39,764 nucleotides of DNA from a virus (lineage: Duplodnaviria > Caudoviricetes): the IMG/VR virus record IMGVR_UViG_3300046786_000349, positions 1 through 39,764 of that record; one strand, 5' to 3'. The notes under the pieces were generated by a model. The model did no database searches and was not told the origin of the DNA. It saw only the letters and a program-made list of their open reading frames with translations. The translations under genes were made by a program, and so were the position numbers. Positions within the stretch are counted from its first letter, which is position 1. Every line of letters starts with the position of its first letter. Shown in pieces: positions 35,473 through 39,764 of this stretch.

Positions 35473-36555
35473 ATGAACGACGGGTGGCTGGTTTACGCTT
35501 GTGGTGATGAATGCAATCACAACAAGTGTGGCGGGGTAAAGCAGGTAGTCAACAAGTATGACAACGCTGTTGGTTATTACCGAGATGAAGTGGATGCAGT
35601 TCTTTGGATAGCAAAGGATCGCATCTCCAACGTGTTTGTAGATGTGTATGACCGAGTTATTGATATCCTTGCAATGATGCAGATGCCGGACGTGACTGCA
35701 TTCCAGGCTGAGCGTTACTACCAAGAAATTGTCGAGTTACTACAAGATCAAGACAAGTTTGATTCCTACGTCACAAAGGTAACCGATGAAGTCATTGCAG
35801 GTCAGGATGCAGTTATTGCAGCTACATTGCTCATCTATCCTGATGTTGTTCTATACAACATGGGTTCAAAGCCACCTCGTGTAGCACGTCCAAAGATTCG
35901 TAGGCCGAATGCGAATGAGTTTGCCACTGGTTACAGTTATGGTGGATCAAGTCTCCGAGACGTTATTCAAAACACTACCAACGATATCTTTACTCGCATC
36001 TATACCGGAATGCGTGAATCCTATGCAGATCAAGACTTTGATAAGAAGACATGGGTGACATCAGTCAATGACAATATAGACACCATTGACAGCATGATGG
36101 AGAATATCTCCACTACGGAAATTGAAGCTACGACAAGGCGCGTAGCAACCCGTATCAATAACTTGAATGCAGGACTGGTCAAGGGATATCGACGTGTAGC
36201 CGTGATTGACAACAAAACGTGTGTTGGATGCTTGACATTGCACGGTAAGTTGTACTCCCTTCAGGATGAGTTTGAGTCGCATCCACGGTGTAGATGTATG
36301 CTTGTGCCCGTAACTATGTCTTGGATGGAATACGCATCTGTTCAAGGTGGTGCAATGCCTGACTATATGTCTCGTGATGAGATTATCGGCATGTTGCCAG
36401 ACGCAATATTGCAAGACATTCTAGGGCCGGGAAGATACGCCATGTATGAAGCTGGTTTACCACTTGAGAGAATGATATACATAGAACGCACAGAGGAATA
36501 CGGCCCGCTCATTCGTATCACGCCTCTTTCTGTCTTGCGCGAGCAAGGTTTCTAA
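35473..36555 (+). CDS. MuF-like head morphogenesis (minor capsid) protein
   Basis: D.KTC.GC..LHG...HPRCRC.LVP and ILGPGRY; AAGGAG RBS before ATG 35473. Confidence 0.8.
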   Translation: MNDGWLVYACGDECNHNKCGGVKQVVNKYDNAVGYYRDEVDAVLWIAKDRISNVFVDVYDRVIDILAMMQMPDVTAFQAERYYQEIVELLQDQDKFDSYVTKVTDEVIAGQDAVIAATLLIYPDVVLYNMGSKPPRVARPKIRRPNANEFATGYSYGGSSLRDVIQNTTNDIFTRIYTGMRESYADQDFDKKTWVTSVNDNIDTIDSMMENISTTEIEATTRRVATRINNLNAGLVKGYRRVAVIDNKTCVGCLTLHGKLYSLQDEFESHPRCRCMLVPVTMSWMEYASVQGGAMPDYMSRDEIIGMLPDAILQDILGPGRYAMYEAGLPLERMIYIERTEEYGPLIRITPLSVLREQGF

Positions 36556-36577
36556 TCCCTCAATATGTCCAAAACTC

Positions 36578-36603
36578 AGGGTATCTTCGGATACCCTTTT
36601 TTT
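36578..36603 (+). terminator. Intrinsic terminator
   Basis: AGGGTATC-TTCG-GATACCCT followed by a T run. Confidence 0.85.
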
Positions 36604-36649
36604 GTGCTATCGCGTGGTTCAAGTCTATATACTTGCATCCTGTTAGCCT

Positions 36650-37588
36650 TTGATTGTTGTTACTACAAACACCAAAACCTGTAACAATAATCAAAACATG
36701 ACAGTCATCGAACACGTATCCGGAACCAGTTTAAACATTGCAATGATGTCCGATCTACACATTGGGTCATTGCATACCGACTACAAGTTGATTGACAAGG
36801 AATTAAAAAGAGCAGTAGATGAAGATGCCATGATAGCGATCAATGGGGATGTCTTTGACGCTATCTTGCCTGGTGATCGCAAACGCTATCGTGCAAACAA
36901 TCTTCACCCAAGAATGTACACAGCCGGCGATGACATGATTGGTGAAAGCATACGATGGGCTTATGAAATCCTTGCTCCGTATGCTGATCGCATTCTGATG
37001 ATTGGCGATGGAAACCACGATGACTCAGTAGCTCGGTTTCATCATATTGAGCCTGTAAAGCATCTGTGTATTCTTCTAGCCAAAGAGACAGGTAAGTCCA
37101 TTCAATATGGCGGCTACCATGGATTCATACATATTCGCATGGACATAAATGGACAGAACAGGAAGTATGGACACTACGTTATCCATTACCATCACGGAGC
37201 TGGCGGTGGAGCACCAGTAACTAAAGGTGCAATCACATTCTCACGAGCACAGATGTGGCTCGAAGGCGTTGATGCAATATGGCGTGGTCACACGCATAAT
37301 AAACAAGCTGGCCGCGATGCCAAGGTTGTTTACAACATAAACAAAGTAAAGCCTGAGAATAGAGTATGTCATAAAGAAGTACTGACTATTCGTACAGGTG
37401 CGTACATGGACACGTACACCGGAACAACATCAAGCCACCTGATGGAACATGGTCGTAAGGATAACTACGGTGCGCTCATGGATGGGAACGCTTTACCAAA
37501 AGGTGGCATGATATTGAAACTCAAGTGTGAACAAGACTATGACAAGGATAAACGAGAAATCCAAGTTCATAGTCAACTACACATCTAA
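36650..37588 (+). CDS. Calcineurin-like metallophosphoesterase
   Basis: SDLHIG, GDVFD, GNHD, HHG, GHTH motifs; start may be ATG 36698. Confidence 0.9.
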   Translation: MIVVTTNTKTCNNNQNMTVIEHVSGTSLNIAMMSDLHIGSLHTDYKLIDKELKRAVDEDAMIAINGDVFDAILPGDRKRYRANNLHPRMYTAGDDMIGESIRWAYEILAPYADRILMIGDGNHDDSVARFHHIEPVKHLCILLAKETGKSIQYGGYHGFIHIRMDINGQNRKYGHYVIHYHHGAGGGAPVTKGAITFSRAQMWLEGVDAIWRGHTHNKQAGRDAKVVYNINKVKPENRVCHKEVLTIRTGAYMDTYTGTTSSHLMEHGRKDNYGALMDGNALPKGGMILKLKCEQDYDKDKREIQVHSQLHI

Positions 37589-38019
37589 CCTGTACTACCG
37601 AATCCTCCAAGGCGGATTCCTGCATCTAGGTTTGCAGTGCCTTTGTGTTCTAGGATGAGTGCTTGTGCCACACGCATTTTGTTAGTAATCGTAATGTCAG
37701 CAGATCCACAGTTAGTCAGTATGACTTTGATTTCATGACCGACATAGTCAGCGTCAACAATACCTGGTGCATTGAGAACATACACACCGTGATTGATGGC
37801 TAGTCCAGATCGTGAACAGATAGCAAGGAAGTAGTTTGTCGGAAAGTCGGATGTGAGAGCAACACCGACCGGAATCAATAGTCGGTCTCCAGGCTTCAAT
37901 AAAACGTCATTATCCAGTCGTGCTCTTAGGTCAAAACCTGCTGATAGTCCTGTCGCTTGCACGGGAAGATATTCTTGATCTTCAGTATTGATAAGAGTAA
38001 ACACTAGTCTTTTCCCCAC
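37585..38019 (-). CDS. dut: dUTPase (trimeric family)
   Basis: SAGFDL, RSGLA, GIVDADY, RVAQ, R.GGFGSTG. Confidence 0.95.
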   Translation of the reverse strand: MGKRLVFTLINTEDQEYLPVQATGLSAGFDLRARLDNDVLLKPGDRLLIPVGVALTSDFPTNYFLAICSRSGLAINHGVYVLNAPGIVDADYVGHEIKVILTNCGSADITITNKMRVAQALILEHKGTANLDAGIRLGGFGSTG

Positions 38020-38639
38020 ATGGCTTCGTGTATTGTTGGAAGCTGCTCTTCAATAATCAACTTGATGTCATTCGCAATGACTCGGTGCTCTGCTTGCGTG
38101 TCGTCCTGCGTTCTTACATCAACGTAGTGCAGCCAGTCACGAATGTTTCCTGCCATATACAACCGTGTGGATGAGGACATCGGTAACACCATGCGTGCAG
38201 TCTCAGTAGCAAAGCCATTTGCCAGTAAGCATTGATATGCGTCAAAGGCACGTACTACAGCGTCGTTAGCATCGTTGTATGCCTTCTCTTGACTCTCTGT
38301 AAGTTCATCTGGAAGGTCTAAGCTACTTTGACGGTTAGTCGCTCCAGCCATCCTTTGAAGTGGTAGGTAGATGGTCTGCGGAACAGGTGCATACCGTTGG
38401 CTGAACTCTTGGAACGAGAAGCTGCGATGTCTAAGAATCTGTGCACTGATTGCGCGAGTAGTATTGATCTCCACAACCATATGCGCCATCTCGAAGATAG
38501 ACCAATGCTTCTTACGAATGCAATAGCGCAGTAACTTCTCGTATTCACGATTCTCTTGGTTTGGACTACTCACACGAGCGCAGTATGCAATGTGTGCTTC
38601 TGCGTTTGGCGTGATAGTTACTAACTTAGCAAAATTCAT
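38004..38639 (-). CDS. thyX: Flavin-dependent thymidylate synthase
   Basis: HWSIFE, RHRSFSFQEFSQRY, ETARMVLP, TQAEHR. Confidence 0.96.
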   Translation of the reverse strand: MNFAKLVTITPNAEAHIAYCARVSSPNQENREYEKLLRYCIRKKHWSIFEMAHMVVEINTTRAISAQILRHRSFSFQEFSQRYAPVPQTIYLPLQRMAGATNRQSSLDLPDELTESQEKAYNDANDAVVRAFDAYQCLLANGFATETARMVLPMSSSTRLYMAGNIRDWLHYVDVRTQDDTQAEHRVIANDIKLIIEEQLPTIHEAMWGKD

Positions 38640-39762
38640 TAATTCTTTCCCCTATCCAGCGCATGACAGGTACAGCCATGGAATTACCGAGTGCCTTGTA
38701 TCTTGGTCCGTCTGGAGTCTCTGGCATGATGTCAGTGTATCCATCGGGGAAACCCTGGAGCCGTTCACATTCGGTCGGTGTTAGCCTTCGTACTGCCATG
38801 CCGTGCATTATCTGCTGGTCTTGTGTGGTTGATATTGTGTAGGCTTTTTCGTCCTGTCCCATGTAACCACTACCACCTGTTCCAGGCTTTGCTACTCCGC
38901 CGTTTGTACCGGTGTAATGCCCAACACCACGTATTTTGAATGCATGGGCTGGATGCGCTACACCGTGAACCCCGGTAGCGTTCAGCGTGTACATTGGACC
39001 ACCTACCGTGTATCCATCACCATTACCACCATTCATTGGTTGCCGTCCAATGGTGTTCTCTGCAAGGGCTATTGGTTCAACAACGATATCAACAGACCTG
39101 ATATCACCTACATCAAAACAATTAAGCGTGTTGGTTACACCATCAGGTACCCACGTTTCAAAGTCTTCTGCGCTCTGCGCTCTGCGTGACTTACGGAAGG
39201 TGTGCTGTACCAGCGGTGTATTACCACCACCTGTACCCCATCGTGCAGCTACAGTATGACTTGGGTCAACGGGTCCAGTTATCCTGGAATCATTAGGATG
39301 GTTTTCATACATCACTGGAATCAAGGTTTCTGTGTTTGGGTTGTACCTGCAACCAGTGCCTGTCGTAAGGCATTGGGCAGTGTCTTGCCCCGTTTTTCTG
39401 CCCTTCGGAGAATCCCCTCGCAAGCTTTCTGGCTCAAATAATACTTCTGCTGCACGTCTGCTGTCCCCTGAAAAATGTGCGACAACAAAGACTCTTCTAC
39501 GACGCTGGGGGACTCCAAAGTATTGAGCGTCAAGCACTCTGTAGGCGAACCCATACCCGATGTTCCCCAACGCCCCAAGGAAGGAACCAAAGTCCCGTCC
39601 TCCGCTGGATGACAAAACACCGGGGACGTTTTCCCAGATAACCCACTCTGGGCGGTAGTGGTCAACCATTGCAATGAAGGTGAGTGCAAGGTTTCCCCTT
39701 GGATCGTCAAGCCCTTTGCGGAGTCCGGCAACGCTGAAGGACTGGCAGGGAGTCCCTCCAAC
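38626..39762 (-). CDS. DNA cytosine-C5 methyltransferase (5'-truncated)
   Basis: Frame continues upstream of 39669 as VGGTPCQSFS (motif IV); ENV, QRRRR, RRLTPTECERLQGFP, ALGNSM. Confidence 0.93.
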   Translation of the reverse strand, partial: VGGTPCQSFSVAGLRKGLDDPRGNLALTFIAMVDHYRPEWVIWENVPGVLSSSGGRDFGSFLGALGNIGYGFAYRVLDAQYFGVPQRRRRVFVVAHFSGDSRRAAEVLFEPESLRGDSPKGRKTGQDTAQCLTTGTGCRYNPNTETLIPVMYENHPNDSRITGPVDPSHTVAARWGTGGGNTPLVQHTFRKSRRAQSAEDFETWVPDGVTNTLNCFDVGDIRSVDIVVEPIALAENTIGRQPMNGGNGDGYTVGGPMYTLNATGVHGVAHPAHAFKIRGVGHYTGTNGGVAKPGTGGSGYMGQDEKAYTISTTQDQQIMHGMAVRRLTPTECERLQGFPDGYTDIMPETPDGPRYKALGNSMAVPVMRWIGERINEFC

Positions 39763-39764
39763 AA
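39321..39764 (-). CDS. Alternative-frame ORF inside the C5 methyltransferase (possible second subunit)
   Basis: Open for at least 147 codons; ends KYYLSQKACEGILRRAEKRGKTLP.AL. Confidence 0.5.
   Translation of the reverse strand: MLEGLPASPSALPDSAKGLTIQGETLHSPSLQWLTTTAQSGLSGKTSPVFCHPAEDGTLVPSLGRWGTSGMGSPTECLTLNTLESPSVVEESLLSHIFQGTADVQQKYYLSQKACEGILRRAEKRGKTLPNALRQALVAGTTQTQKP

Noticed and set aside
1-39764. Stop-codon reassignment
   Set aside because: Genes are intact and tightly packed in the standard code; TAA, TGA and TAG all end recognisable genes.

Overview
The window is most of a tailed dsDNA phage genome with siphovirus-type gene order, cut inside the large terminase (left edge) and inside a C5 DNA methyltransferase (right edge). 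1-22.1 kb is the + strand morphogenesis operon: TerL, portal, protease, HK97-fold capsid, neck, a duplicated beta-helix fibre cassette, two paralogous tail-tube genes, a tail chaperone with a -1 frameshift, tape measure and tail-tip proteins. 22.2-28.3 kb holds recombination, replication and regulatory genes. 28.3-31.2 kb is a compositionally distinct, putative early-entry region with twin strong promoters. 31.5-39.8 kb carries two DNA methyltransferases, thyX, dUTPase, a metallophosphoesterase, a displaced MuF-like gene and small genes. No integrase, reverse transcriptase, Cas gene or endolysin was recognised. Main candidates for new biology: (1) a ~60-nt antisense-oriented small RNA (22109-22168) whose C-rich loops complement the GGGG-type ribosome-binding sites of early/middle genes; (2) five divergent Tad2/DUF2829-like proteins; (3) two tandem small-RNA units next to an aberrant tRNA-like element; (4) an alternative-frame ORF inside the C5 methyltransferase. 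All family assignments come from motif recognition by eye; no database search was run.
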